Virus record (IMG/VR): IMGVR_UViG_3300028601_000028
Coordinates: 17,878-81,877 of that record
Source of the DNA: a virus
Taxonomy: Duplodnaviria > Heunggongvirae > Uroviricota > Caudoviricetes
Length of the DNA: 64,000 nucleotides
Reading direction: 5' to 3' (one strand)
In this document: piece by piece, positions 35,587 through 47,127 of the stretch
Layout: each line of letters opens with the position of its first letter
Numbering within the stretch: the first letter of the stretch is position 1
Program-made: the position numbers and the translations under genes
The notes under the pieces: model-generated
What the model was told of the DNA's origin: nothing
Databases searched by the model: none
What the model saw: only the letters and a program-made list of their open reading frames with translations

Positions 35587-36054
35587 TTATAACCCTAATG
35601 CGTTCATTAATTCAATTCTATTCTTCACTGCATAATTGAGTGATTCTAAATTAGATGCAGTATCTCTTAAAAATTGAATATGTATTTCTAGTAATTCACT
35701 TCTTTGTCTAATTCTTGCAATATCAGCTTCAACTAATGATTTTTTAGCAGTATCATTTTTAACATTTAATTGATATTTAGTAGAATAAAATTCATATCTT
35801 TGTTTTATTAATTCTTTTATTTGTGTATTATTTTTAGATAACATTAAAGCATAAGTTTTTATTTCTTCTGATGCTATTTGACTATAACTAATTATTTCTG
35901 CTTGATACTCTATTAATTTTTTAATATCAGCATATATATTTCTAGTTTGTTGTTTTACTATTTTTGACCAATTTTTAGATTCGATATCCATTTTATTTTC
36001 TAATGATTTAGTATCTTCAATAAAAATATTTAATTTATCATCATTATTTGCCAT
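35587..36054 (-). CDS. uvsY: UvsY-like recombination mediator (tentative)
   Basis: Length 155 aa. Position immediately upstream of uvsW, as in T4. Weak pattern similarity to T4 UvsY (…YYSG…/…FYSTKY…; C-terminal amphipathic helix LNYAVKNRIELMNA vs RGFAIKHIQDMRA). Confidence 0.4.
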   Translation of the reverse strand: MANNDDKLNIFIEDTKSLENKMDIESKNWSKIVKQQTRNIYADIKKLIEYQAEIISYSQIASEEIKTYALMLSKNNTQIKELIKQRYEFYSTKYQLNVKNDTAKKSLVEADIARIRQRSELLEIHIQFLRDTASNLESLNYAVKNRIELMNALGL

Positions 36055-36084
36055 TTTAATAATTTATTTTTAAATGATATAGGT

Positions 36085-36795
36085 TTATATTCTAATAAAG
36101 TTTAGAACAAAATAGTAATCAAATTTATATAATTTTGATGTTTTTGTTTGTTTATAATTTAATTCTACATTATTTTCAAAAATAATTGAATTTGCATTTT
36201 TTATTAAATTATCTTGATTTTTAATATTTACATCAAATTTTGGATTATATTGTAAATTTGATTTTTTATTAAAATCCCCATCATCTAATGTTTTATATTC
36301 AACATAGAAATTAATTGTATTTAATTCATATCTATTTAATATATTTTTATCAATATAATTTTTAATATAAAGGTTTATATTGTTACCTAAAACATCATTA
36401 TATTTTATTCCTTTAAATACTCTTTTTTCTTTTATTTTATAAAATAAATATTCTTTTAATATATTTCTCCATTGTATATTTATAGTCCAATTTGTATTTG
36501 TTATTTTATCCATATCAGATTGAGGTGATAATACAATTGTATGATTATTATTTTTTATATCAATTAAATCTATTAAATATATTTTCTCATTCTCATATAT
36601 ATCATTATAGTATTGATAACCATTGTTATTTGTATTATCATTTATTTCACTATATTGTATCGTCTTTTCATCAATTATTATAGTATTCTCAACATTTATC
36701 ATTTTTGAACCAAAAAATGTCCTTGGTTCATAATATGATTTTGTTCCTATTATTGGTTCACTTTTAAATCTTGTTATTATTAAATCGTTTTTCAT
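36085..36795 (-). CDS. hypothetical protein (236 aa), possibly baseplate-associated by position
   Basis: ORF directly downstream, in the transcription sense, of the giant structural genes. Confidence 0.35.
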   Translation of the reverse strand: MKNDLIITRFKSEPIIGTKSYYEPRTFFGSKMINVENTIIIDEKTIQYSEINDNTNNNGYQYYNDIYENEKIYLIDLIDIKNNNHTIVLSPQSDMDKITNTNWTINIQWRNILKEYLFYKIKEKRVFKGIKYNDVLGNNINLYIKNYIDKNILNRYELNTINFYVEYKTLDDGDFNKKSNLQYNPKFDVNIKNQDNLIKNANSIIFENNVELNYKQTKTSKLYKFDYYFVLNFIRI

Positions 36796-36815
36796 AATAT
36801 ATTATATGTTTTTAT

Positions 36816-39800
36816 TTATACTGCAATTCCACCTGAAAAGTATATATTCCTAACATTAACTGATATTACTCCATGATCAGGATTTGTTAATATAGTAAAT
36901 GGTTTATTACTCCAATCTTCGTTATCTCTAACACATTGAACTGTTATTGAACTAATTCCACTACTGCCACTTGATGGATAAACATTAAAATAGGTACCAT
37001 ATGTATTATTTATTGTCCAATTAGAACTAGATGTTATTTCAATTATAACTTGATATACAATTGAATATCCACCATGTTGAAATATTACTGATATTGGACT
37101 AATATATATACCATTTAACGTAGTTACTGATTTAGTTTCACCTAAAAATAATTGTTCACCAACTTTTACATATGATCTATAATAATATGTTGTACCTGGT
37201 AATAAATTACTAATTAAAGAATTATAACTATTTGTTGATAATGAACTATTGTGATTAATAGATTGAAGTGGTATAAATGTATTAGATAATGAGTATTGTA
37301 TACCATATTCAGTAATAAAATAAATATCACCATCTGTTATAATACCGCCAGCTCTAAAGGATTTCATTGTTAAATCAGTATAATTTGTTGTTGATAATGT
37401 TATATCCAATATATGTTCAAATTCCCATATATAAGTATCAGCAAATTCAATATTTGATATATCTGTAGTACCTGGATTCATAGATTGATTATTATTAATA
37501 ATTTTACCCCCTCCTATAATATATCCTTTGTTATTTGATGTAGCAAATGCACAATATGTTCTATTTATACCTGTAAATGATAAATTATCGTATTCTTGAA
37601 CGACTATAGAATTTATTCTATTAACATACATCTTATTATCTATATCTGATGAAAATTTATTTGATAGTGTCATATATATTTTATTACCATTTAAAAGAAA
37701 TGATGATCCACTTCCTCCTAATTGTTCAATATCAGTAAGACTAAAATTATATATTGTTATATTATCATTACTACTAGATGATGATATACTATTATATTTA
37801 TAAATATTAGTACCTGTATTAGTTGTGTTATCTATATTTATATAACCACCAATTTTATAATATTTATCATCGTAAATGACACTTGAACTATCATATGTTC
37901 TTTGTGAACTTATAGCACTATTATCCATTTGTTCATTGATTCCACCATAGGCATTAATAGTGTATTTTTTATCAGATAATCCAGATGATGTTCTACCTCC
38001 TCTTATACATAAAAAATCACCTTTTACAAATGAATCAGCATAAGCTAATCCCGCTGATAATGTAAAATGATAAGAATCGAATGTATTTAAATTTATATTA
38101 TATCTAGATATTGATGTAATATATCCTGTAGAATTTATACCACCTGTTATATATATGTGTGTTCCATCTGTACATATTGATGAAAATGCTCTAGGTATAT
38201 TATTATCTAATTCTGTTATAATTTTAGTATTTACATTATATTTATAAAAATCACTCTTATAACCAACTGATGATCTACCCATACCATAATAAATATAATC
38301 ACCGATTCCTATTGCTACCATACCAATTCTACCATTTGATCCAAAAATAGGTTCTTGTTCCTTTACTACTTTCCAATATTGCTCAACTTCAATTGTTTCT
38401 TCTACAAATACTCTATTATTTGTATCTTCTTGATTTAAATCAAATATATTAACCGGATATTCTACTGCAAATACAATTTTCTTCTCTGTAAATCCACCAA
38501 CCAAAGGAAATGTTATATTATCGAATGATACATCGACTTCTAATGTACCTACTGATACTGTTTGTTCACTCATTATATGATAATCTAACATAGAATCATC
38601 TATTATCATCAATTTAACAGTAGCATTATGAGTTGGTTTAATATTATTTCTACCATTATTTCTAAATTTCATACTAAAATCATATGATTGATTTGGTATG
38701 TATGTTATACCAGTTTGCAATTCATATTCTAATATTTCGTAATTAATATCATCATTATATAGATCAAATCTTATATCATTATTACTATATAATATTTCAC
38801 TTGGTTCTTCTAAACTATAAAATTCAAATCTACAAACAGTTGTAGTTTTTATTTGATTATCATCATATTCTATTGGTCTATTAAATTCTATATTTTTTTG
38901 TATTGTAACATCTTTTCCTATTGTACCCAATGATTCATCAGATATTAATGTACTAGATTGTTGATTTAACTTATCATAATATAATTTAACACCATATGTT
39001 TTAGAAACAATTGATAAATTAGTTACATTAAATCTAAATGTTATTTTATCGCTAGGGTTATTCTTATTAAATCCATATATCATATTATAAGTTGTTACTG
39101 CTGCACCACTTCTTCTAGATGCTTCTCCTCCCACTTGTTCTTCACCGGTTGTATAAAATTCTAATCCTAATGGATCAGATACTGAAATACTATTAACAGA
39201 TAGTATTGCTTGATATGATATAATATAAGTTGGAGACTTAACAAAATCTGAATATAATGTATGTTCATTTAATGTTTTTAAATAAAAATTACTATCCCAC
39301 GAAGATAAAAATATATTTCTACTTGTTTGTGATAATCCAATTTCATCAACCATTGGATATATACTTCTATCAGTAGATATATTATTTAATTTTAGAAAAT
39401 TACCATCATCACTAACTTTCGAATATACCATTTCTCTTATTGTTCCAAAATCAGATACATCATTATCAAAACAATAATTTTTATCTAATCCATAATACCT
39501 ATTTTCATCTGACCAATAATATAAAGGTTTAAATACATTAATATCATGAAATACTGGATCATAATACCCGATAAATCTTTTAATTAATTTATCATTCTCT
39601 ATTCTTTCGCCATGCCTTACTATATTTATAGTTTCATCTTTTTTATTAATAACTATTTTTCTAGATAATGGTTGATCTATTATAGATTGAGTAACAGGCA
39701 TATCATCTAGATATATCATATACTTATCATAGATATTATAAGATGGTCCTTTTATTGGATAAATATTATAAGAATTTTTCTTTAATAAAATATCATCAGG

Positions 39801-42800
39801 TAAAGATACTTCAACATAAAAACTAGGTATCTTATTATTTAATTGATTTAATTTAAATTTACTAACATTATTACCATTTATTTCATAATATATTATATGT
39901 TGATCAAATATACCCTTTTCATTTAAATTATTCATCGATTGAATAAAATAATAAGCTGTTAATTTATTTGGATCATATGTATTGATAGATAATCCATCTA
40001 CAGATGGCATAGTATTATAATCATCTTTAGTTTTAGAATAATATATACCATTTGATTCTCCAAATACTTTAGTATTATTAAATGATATCCATTCTTTATT
40101 TATTGGTATATTTTGATTTATTATTATAATAATATTTTTAAAATTATAATTGACAATAACATGTATACCATTCTTATCGGGTGAGTCTAATGTAGCATTT
40201 AAATCGTCAATTGGTGATGATACACTATTTATAAAAATAGGATTACTATATACTCCTGAATTTTCATCAAAATCATAATAATGATATCTATCATTTAATA
40301 TAACAGATAGTTTATATTCATTAAAAATATTACCACCTCCTGGTATTATACTTCTAATTGATCCGTCATTATTAAATACAATATCTTCAATTGAATTTAT
40401 TTTATATTCAATTCCTCTAAATAATGATGATGCTGGTAATTCATTATCACCTCCATTAAAATATGAATATTTTTTATAATATTTTTTATATAAATTTCCA
40501 TTATCTTCTATATACATTTTATTATTAAAGAAATACTTAAAATAATCAAAGTAATTGGCTTCATATAGTGATAAGTCAAATTTATCATTATCTAATAATG
40601 ATGTTTGAATATTAGTGCTTTGGTTTAAATAGTAATTAAATTCTATTTCTGTTACTATAATTTCTTTAAATGTACAATTTACATATCCACTATATAATGT
40701 TATATAACCATTTTTACATTTACCCATGAATGATATAATCACATCATTTCCGGTTGTAAATTGATTTGATTTACCATTATCAAAAGAACTATCATATATA
40801 CCAACAGACCAATTATTATTGGGTATTGCATCATCAATTGTTATCCTTAAATATACATAATAGTAATTATCTGTACCTAAATATGTAGTATAAATAGATT
40901 TATTTTCTGATGTGTTATTTGAACATATTAATGTATTATTTAAGTACGTCCAATATGTGCCTGTGTCCCATTCACCTGCATTAAATTGTTCAACAACATT
41001 ATCATCTTTTTTACTAAAAAAATTACCAATTCTATAAAAATAGTCATGTGTTTTTTCTTTAACACTAGATACTGATGTATCACAATTTGTAGTTCTATTA
41101 TAAACACCGCCGTGTTTTTTAGAGTTATTTAATTTATAGATATAATCAGAATGACTTATAGAACCAATATATCCCCATTTACATATATTTTGGTTCTTTT
41201 CCCATATATAACTTATACTATTATCCAATAATTCAAATGTTTCGTCACCTGCTGAATATTCTGATGATATATTTAATGGTTTGTATTGTCCATTGCTTCC
41301 TTTATCATGTGTTTTAACTCTTTTTGGTACACTAAAATCTCTATATTCAATTGCATTTAATTTATCTTCTTCTGTTTCTACATAAACATTTTTTTCATAT
41401 TCAAAATCAGAATATCTTGTATTTATTCTATCAAAGTCAAAATCTTTTATATCAGAAAATTTTAATCTATAAATATTATATTGTAATGGTATATCATCAT
41501 TTACTATTTTCTTTGTTATAGTATTATTAACACCACCTTTCCAATATTTTAAATATTTATTATCAGATGTAATTGCATAATCTCCGCCTATATAAAAATT
41601 ATTAATATATTTATTAGTTGTGTTATCAAAATATTTATCATTTTTTAAAACATGATATATACCATCAATTTCAATTAAATATAAATCAGCTGGTAATTCA
41701 TCAACGTGTCCTTCATTATTAATAAATTTATCTATTGTTAATTCAAGTTGATCATTTAAATTTTTTATATTTGTTCTGTTATTTACATATTCTATTTTAA
41801 TTTTATTAGAATTAAATATAGTCATATCATTTGATGATATATCAAAATCTGATATTAATTTATAATAACCATTGTTCAGTTTTTTTATTTCGTAAAGTTT
41901 GTTATTATACATTATCCATCCATTTTCTTTTATTTTATTAGTAAATGGGTTTACTGCATTATCATTATTATCAACAAATATATTATTTTCTATTCTTATA
42001 TTTACATTATCATCAAGATCATCAAGATCATAAGTTGTTAAAGATTTTATATGTTCAAATTTATCGATATAAAATCCAAAATATCTATTAATAGAATATT
42101 CATTGTATTTATCTGGATCTCCTGGTTTATCATCAAATAAATATTTAATATTAAGTATATATGGATATATTAATCCGTTATTTTCAAATCCTTTTGTTAT
42201 AAAATCTTCTAATACAAAATGGGGATTTTCATAATATAATTTATCATCTAGTATTGTTTCGCTAGTTGTATAAATACCATTTTTATAATTTAATCCAGAC
42301 CATTTTGAAAAGTTAAACTTTTTAGTATCAAAAAAGAATGAAAATTCAGGAAATCTATTATTATCATTTATATTTCTTTTTAAGAAATTACCAAAATTAG
42401 AGTTTTCACTTAGATCTATAACTTTTACACATTTCCATTTATCAATTATTTCACTTCTAAAATTATCTTTATTTAAACCAATTAATCTATAATCAGTATC
42501 ATAAATATCATAAATACCTGGATCATCTACTCTTAATATTATAAATTTCTCTGGTATATTACCCTTCTTAATATATAATGGTGCAAAATATTCAAATTCT
42601 TCGTTATACCATTGATCTTCAGCATTTTTAGCACCCGCAAAATATGTATCATCAAATTGATTGTTGAATGAATCATACATTATATTTACATCAAAATCAG
42701 TTTTAGGTGAAAATGCTAAGTTTTTTGGCAAAGAGTCATAGTATTTTGGTAATTCATCTTCTAATAATGCCTCTTTATTTAATAATTTATGTTTATACTT

Positions 42801-42926
42801 ATCATCACTTAACTCTTTACAAGAATCAAAACTTTCAAAATATAAATTATATTTACTATCAACAACTAATTTAATATTAGTTGTTAATCTTGGATTAGTT
42901 CGTATTAGTTGAAAACTTTTTTCCAT
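36816..42926 (-). CDS. giant virion structural protein (2036 aa) with kelch-like beta-propeller repeats and a fibronectin-III-like domain near the C-terminus; tail fibre/baseplate-like
   Basis: Uninterrupted 6.1 kb ORF. Kelch-like repeats (GDYIYYGMGRSS...IYITGGINSTGY...GDFLCIRGGRTSSG...YKIGGYIN...IYMTL...GYIIGGGKI). FN3-like LPGTTYYYRSYVKVGEQLFLGETKSVTT. Confidence 0.55.
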   Translation of the reverse strand: MEKSFQLIRTNPRLTTNIKLVVDSKYNLYFESFDSCKELSDDKYKHKLLNKEALLEDELPKYYDSLPKNLAFSPKTDFDVNIMYDSFNNQFDDTYFAGAKNAEDQWYNEEFEYFAPLYIKKGNIPEKFIILRVDDPGIYDIYDTDYRLIGLNKDNFRSEIIDKWKCVKVIDLSENSNFGNFLKRNINDNNRFPEFSFFFDTKKFNFSKWSGLNYKNGIYTTSETILDDKLYYENPHFVLEDFITKGFENNGLIYPYILNIKYLFDDKPGDPDKYNEYSINRYFGFYIDKFEHIKSLTTYDLDDLDDNVNIRIENNIFVDNNDNAVNPFTNKIKENGWIMYNNKLYEIKKLNNGYYKLISDFDISSNDMTIFNSNKIKIEYVNNRTNIKNLNDQLELTIDKFINNEGHVDELPADLYLIEIDGIYHVLKNDKYFDNTTNKYINNFYIGGDYAITSDNKYLKYWKGGVNNTITKKIVNDDIPLQYNIYRLKFSDIKDFDFDRINTRYSDFEYEKNVYVETEEDKLNAIEYRDFSVPKRVKTHDKGSNGQYKPLNISSEYSAGDETFELLDNSISYIWEKNQNICKWGYIGSISHSDYIYKLNNSKKHGGVYNRTTNCDTSVSSVKEKTHDYFYRIGNFFSKKDDNVVEQFNAGEWDTGTYWTYLNNTLICSNNTSENKSIYTTYLGTDNYYYVYLRITIDDAIPNNNWSVGIYDSSFDNGKSNQFTTGNDVIISFMGKCKNGYITLYSGYVNCTFKEIIVTEIEFNYYLNQSTNIQTSLLDNDKFDLSLYEANYFDYFKYFFNNKMYIEDNGNLYKKYYKKYSYFNGGDNELPASSLFRGIEYKINSIEDIVFNNDGSIRSIIPGGGNIFNEYKLSVILNDRYHYYDFDENSGVYSNPIFINSVSSPIDDLNATLDSPDKNGIHVIVNYNFKNIIIIINQNIPINKEWISFNNTKVFGESNGIYYSKTKDDYNTMPSVDGLSINTYDPNKLTAYYFIQSMNNLNEKGIFDQHIIYYEINGNNVSKFKLNQLNNKIPSFYVEVSLPDDILLKKNSYNIYPIKGPSYNIYDKYMIYLDDMPVTQSIIDQPLSRKIVINKKDETINIVRHGERIENDKLIKRFIGYYDPVFHDINVFKPLYYWSDENRYYGLDKNYCFDNDVSDFGTIREMVYSKVSDDGNFLKLNNISTDRSIYPMVDEIGLSQTSRNIFLSSWDSNFYLKTLNEHTLYSDFVKSPTYIISYQAILSVNSISVSDPLGLEFYTTGEEQVGGEASRRSGAAVTTYNMIYGFNKNNPSDKITFRFNVTNLSIVSKTYGVKLYYDKLNQQSSTLISDESLGTIGKDVTIQKNIEFNRPIEYDDNQIKTTTVCRFEFYSLEEPSEILYSNNDIRFDLYNDDINYEILEYELQTGITYIPNQSYDFSMKFRNNGRNNIKPTHNATVKLMIIDDSMLDYHIMSEQTVSVGTLEVDVSFDNITFPLVGGFTEKKIVFAVEYPVNIFDLNQEDTNNRVFVEETIEVEQYWKVVKEQEPIFGSNGRIGMVAIGIGDYIYYGMGRSSVGYKSDFYKYNVNTKIITELDNNIPRAFSSICTDGTHIYITGGINSTGYITSISRYNINLNTFDSYHFTLSAGLAYADSFVKGDFLCIRGGRTSSGLSDKKYTINAYGGINEQMDNSAISSQRTYDSSSVIYDDKYYKIGGYINIDNTTNTGTNIYKYNSISSSSSNDNITIYNFSLTDIEQLGGSGSSFLLNGNKIYMTLSNKFSSDIDNKMYVNRINSIVVQEYDNLSFTGINRTYCAFATSNNKGYIIGGGKIINNNQSMNPGTTDISNIEFADTYIWEFEHILDITLSTTNYTDLTMKSFRAGGIITDGDIYFITEYGIQYSLSNTFIPLQSINHNSSLSTNSYNSLISNLLPGTTYYYRSYVKVGEQLFLGETKSVTTLNGIYISPISVIFQHGGYSIVYQVIIEITSSSNWTINNTYGTYFNVYPSSGSSGISSITVQCVRDNEDWSNKPFTILTNPDHGVISVNVRNIYFSGGIAV

Positions 42927-42929
42927 TTA

Positions 42930-45900
42930 TTAGTTATTTTTTCTTTTAATATTAAATTTAACACTAAATTCAAAACTAGAATTTAATGATGATGGATTTA
43001 ATCTAATTCTTATGGATTTATTATGCTCTACTTGTGATAATGTATTTAAATTTACAATTGTGTCAATTGCCGTTTTAAATCTCCAATATATATTAAATGG
43101 AATAATAATATAATTAGATGGATTAACTGATTTAAAGTTAGTTCCAATATTTTCTATTGATATTAAATCATTTATCGAATTAACAGATGGACATATTAAA
43201 GTTGCTAAAGTATCACCAATATACCAATCATTATTAGTAAGTGGCGTTCCTTCTCCTAATGCGTTATAACCATTTCCTTCTAGATTACCATCTTTACCTT
43301 TATTTATATAATCTCCACTAAGACCTGGTAATTTATCTGTGCTAATTATAGCACTATTTATCTTAGAGTATCCTGGTATTGATGGATCATGAAAAGTATT
43401 ACCACTATATAATAAATCACCGCCTGATTTATCACAGAAATAGATAAATTGATTTGGTTCTTGTACAACAAATTGATTATCTTTATCAACCAAACATGGT
43501 AAATTATCATAACCTGTTCTTATTGTAGTTCCGCTATTATAATTATCTCTAACTAAAAATGATAATTGTGTATTTGATATATTTTCTAGTTTTATATAAT
43601 AATCTGTATTAACATATATATTATTTTTGTACTGTGATCCAATTGTTCTTATTGCGTTCTTTTCACATATAAAATCTAAATTAACTGTTGAATTATTATC
43701 TACATTTATTTCATCTATACCATTAAAAATAGATACTTTTAATTTACCTTTAGCAGAATATACAATATCTTCTAAACTTTTTATTTTATTTGTAAGATAT
43801 TCAAGATATTCTTTTAATGTAAAGGATTCACCTGTATCATCCTTATATCCTGTTTGTATATTATCATCATAGTGAGCAATAAATTGATCATTTAATGTAA
43901 AAGAATCTCTAACATGTCTATTTATTCCTTTTGATTCTAATGTTTGTTCAAATTGAATAACCATGTTATCTTGTGATGCTTCTTCTAATATATATTGATT
44001 AGAATCTAATATATCATTTAGATCATCTGGGAATTCAACTGTTATAATATCTGACCAATCACTTTCTATTATTGAATCTGGATATCCAACTTCTGATATT
44101 GATGATACTCTAATTTCAACTTTTTCCCCTTGTTGTATTGGTATATCTAATTGATTAATATTAGGAGTATCTGCTTCTGATATATCTTCTATTTTCCATA
44201 CCCACTCTCTTTTCATGTCATCGTATACTCTCTTTCTTAAATCTGATTTTATTGATACCCAGTTTGAAAAATAACCAGTTTTTCTAACCTCTTCATTTGA
44301 TGTAATTACACTATATCCTTCTGTTTGATTTTCTAATCCACTTTTAGATGAATATCTATATTGTATATTAAATTGTACTACCTCTTGTGGTCTATATCCA
44401 GCTTGTGTCTTTGGTTCTGGCATATTCCAAAATCCCCTTACTCTAAATTTAGGTTCACTTTTTGTTAATGTATTACTTTGACTCTTTATCTGTGTAGTTA
44501 TAGATTGCATCAATTTAGATAATGATTCTTGTTCTTGTACCAATTTAGTTAATTCATTTTGAGATTTATCTTTTTCTGCAATTGTTTGGTATTTTTTTAC
44601 AGATAACTCTTTATTTTTTTGTGATATTGAATTATTTACCTGATCTAATTTTGTTTTTATCTTATTCTTTTCTGAATTTAGATCTTTTAATTTTTTAGTA
44701 TCAGACGTATTAGTTAAATGTTTATTTATTTGAACAACTTTAAAATTTTCATTATTTAATACTGGTGAATCTGGTTTTATTGCATATTGACTTGGTATGG
44801 TTTTATTTATTAAATCTCTTAATAATTCACCATAATCATAAACAGTGTCTAAGTAATATTTTGCCATAGATACACTATTATCAGTACTTAATACTAAATC
44901 GTTTGTGTATAATCCAGTACCTTTAGACCAAACACTTCCTTTAATTCTATTTTTACTATTTGTTGGTTTCATAAAAACAACAAGGTATTCATCAAAACCA
45001 ACTGATATATTAACAGTTTTTTTAATACTTACATTACCATAAAATTTTAAAATATTTGTTCCTGTTGGAAGCGGATCAAAACCTTCAATTCGTTCTACCC
45101 TTATTCTAAAATCAGATTCTGCTACACTAGTTTCTATAATCTTCCATCTAGTAACAGACTCTTGTTTATTTAAAACTAATTCATCACCTGATTTAAGTGT
45201 TTTTTCTTCTCCGTTTAATGTTGCATAATTAAATGGGTAAATATGATACCACATTTTATTATTTATTGTATCTATATCTTGTTTTAAAATTGAAAATATA
45301 CCATGTTCTGTTATTTCTTGATAATCAAATGTAAAATGTTGTTCATCATAATTCATTGTTCTATTATTTATAACACCTAAATTTGTAGGATTAGTATACC
45401 AATTAATAAAGTCATTATAATTTATATTATCATTATTAACAAATTTATCAATAAAATCATTTCTAGATTTTAATCCATTAGTTGTATATTCACCATCAGA
45501 ATCTCTTTCAAATGATACTATATATCTTCTTGATATAACACCATCTACTGTTCTATCAACTTTATCAGTCATATCAAACTGTAAAGAAATTAAAGGATTC
45601 ATTAATGATTCAAAAAACCAATTATTTTTTGAATTAAATTGAGTAACTTTACCTAGTAAATTAATATTATTTGGTTCTCTATTTAAATCTGATAAATATA
45701 CTTTTTTAGTTGATTTTCCATCTATTATATGTACATTATTATCATTTAAACCTGATAATCTCATAATATTATTATTTATAGTATTAATATCACTTTGTAA
45801 TTTACCCACTGTTGGTAATGAATAATTTGTTTCATTTCCTTGTTCATCTAATTGGGTTACATTTACAACAGAATCACTACTTGATACAATATCACTGATT

Positions 45901-45983
45901 CTACTTAAAACTTCAACAGAATTTTTATTTAGTAAACTAATTTGTTCTGCAATACTTACAAAACTATTCTTTTTTGATGGCAT
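42930..45983 (-). CDS. large virion structural protein (1017 aa) with central coiled-coil segment; tail/baseplate-like
   Basis: 3 kb ORF immediately upstream of, and 4 nt from, the 2036-aa gene. Coiled-coil stretch KKLKDLNSEKNKIKTKLDQVNNSISQKNKELSVKKYQTIAEKDKSQNELTKLVQEQESLSKLMQSITTQIKSQ. Confidence 0.5.
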   Translation of the reverse strand: MPSKKNSFVSIAEQISLLNKNSVEVLSRISDIVSSSDSVVNVTQLDEQGNETNYSLPTVGKLQSDINTINNNIMRLSGLNDNNVHIIDGKSTKKVYLSDLNREPNNINLLGKVTQFNSKNNWFFESLMNPLISLQFDMTDKVDRTVDGVISRRYIVSFERDSDGEYTTNGLKSRNDFIDKFVNNDNINYNDFINWYTNPTNLGVINNRTMNYDEQHFTFDYQEITEHGIFSILKQDIDTINNKMWYHIYPFNYATLNGEEKTLKSGDELVLNKQESVTRWKIIETSVAESDFRIRVERIEGFDPLPTGTNILKFYGNVSIKKTVNISVGFDEYLVVFMKPTNSKNRIKGSVWSKGTGLYTNDLVLSTDNSVSMAKYYLDTVYDYGELLRDLINKTIPSQYAIKPDSPVLNNENFKVVQINKHLTNTSDTKKLKDLNSEKNKIKTKLDQVNNSISQKNKELSVKKYQTIAEKDKSQNELTKLVQEQESLSKLMQSITTQIKSQSNTLTKSEPKFRVRGFWNMPEPKTQAGYRPQEVVQFNIQYRYSSKSGLENQTEGYSVITSNEEVRKTGYFSNWVSIKSDLRKRVYDDMKREWVWKIEDISEADTPNINQLDIPIQQGEKVEIRVSSISEVGYPDSIIESDWSDIITVEFPDDLNDILDSNQYILEEASQDNMVIQFEQTLESKGINRHVRDSFTLNDQFIAHYDDNIQTGYKDDTGESFTLKEYLEYLTNKIKSLEDIVYSAKGKLKVSIFNGIDEINVDNNSTVNLDFICEKNAIRTIGSQYKNNIYVNTDYYIKLENISNTQLSFLVRDNYNSGTTIRTGYDNLPCLVDKDNQFVVQEPNQFIYFCDKSGGDLLYSGNTFHDPSIPGYSKINSAIISTDKLPGLSGDYINKGKDGNLEGNGYNALGEGTPLTNNDWYIGDTLATLICPSVNSINDLISIENIGTNFKSVNPSNYIIIPFNIYWRFKTAIDTIVNLNTLSQVEHNKSIRIRLNPSSLNSSFEFSVKFNIKRKNN

Positions 45984-46024
45984 ATTGTTGTTATTAATTT
46001 TTATTATATATAAATATAATATGG

Positions 46025-47098
46025 TTAATCAATAGTAAAATAATAATAAACCTTATTATATATATTTGTATTTATTGACCATTTATATTTAAATGGCATT
46101 TTTTTAAAAATATTATCATTTATTATATTATATAAATATTTTTTATTTATAACATCATTATTACTTGATTCTATAATCACACAAAATTTATTATTATTTA
46201 TTGATATATAAACATCAATATCATCATATAAATGCAAAACATTTATAAATACTTTTTTATAATGATTTATTAATTTTAAAGTAGATAAAAATTTATTAGA
46301 TAATATATCAATATTTATATCGGTATCATTTGATATTATAATATCTGATATTTTTTTAATATCAATAGTTTTATACTTAAATTTACCTATATTTATTCTT
46401 TTGTTATTTATAATATACCCAAAATTTAAATACGAATAATGATCAATACCAATATAAAATTTTATCTGAATATTATTATCAGTATATAAATCAATAGATG
46501 TAACAACAGTAGATAATATTTTACTATATTTAAATTCTCTTTTTACATCTGTACTATTAATACTATTAGTTTCAAAATAAATATCATAATTATCGTGATT
46601 TAAAGAGTTATTAATACCTTTAATATATTGATTATTTAAAATAAATTTAAGTTTTAAATTTTTTAACCTATTAATAAAATTATAAAATAAACTATTTGAT
46701 ACAATTTTTAATGATTCTAATATAACATCATCTTTAACATCTAATTCATTATCATTATTAATAACAGTTATTTTATAATATTTATCTATTAAATTTTTTG
46801 CAGATTCTAATGATGATAATCCATCATTATAATATTTCTCTATCTCTTTATTTATATCTATATGTTTTTTATAATTTGGTGATAATAAATTATCAGTAAA
46901 TATGGTAGCCTTATCTTCTGACATATCTTTATTCTTTATTAATTCATTAACAATATTTTTCCTGATTTTTTCTTTAAATCCTTTAAAAAGAATAGAATAA
47001 GCATCATCACCTGTATTTAATTTATAATCTTTAAATGATACTTTAAATTGTGTATTTCTATATGGTCTATAAAAAAAATTATTAAAATAATCTGACAT
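46025..47098 (-). CDS. hypothetical protein (357 aa)
   Basis: ORF at the head of the minus-strand structural block. Confidence 0.4.
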   Translation of the reverse strand: MSDYFNNFFYRPYRNTQFKVSFKDYKLNTGDDAYSILFKGFKEKIRKNIVNELIKNKDMSEDKATIFTDNLLSPNYKKHIDINKEIEKYYNDGLSSLESAKNLIDKYYKITVINNDNELDVKDDVILESLKIVSNSLFYNFINRLKNLKLKFILNNQYIKGINNSLNHDNYDIYFETNSINSTDVKREFKYSKILSTVVTSIDLYTDNNIQIKFYIGIDHYSYLNFGYIINNKRINIGKFKYKTIDIKKISDIIISNDTDINIDILSNKFLSTLKLINHYKKVFINVLHLYDDIDVYISINNNKFCVIIESSNNDVINKKYLYNIINDNIFKKMPFKYKWSINTNIYNKVYYYFTID

Positions 47099-47127
47099 TT
47101 AAATATGAGTTTTTATGTATATATAAA

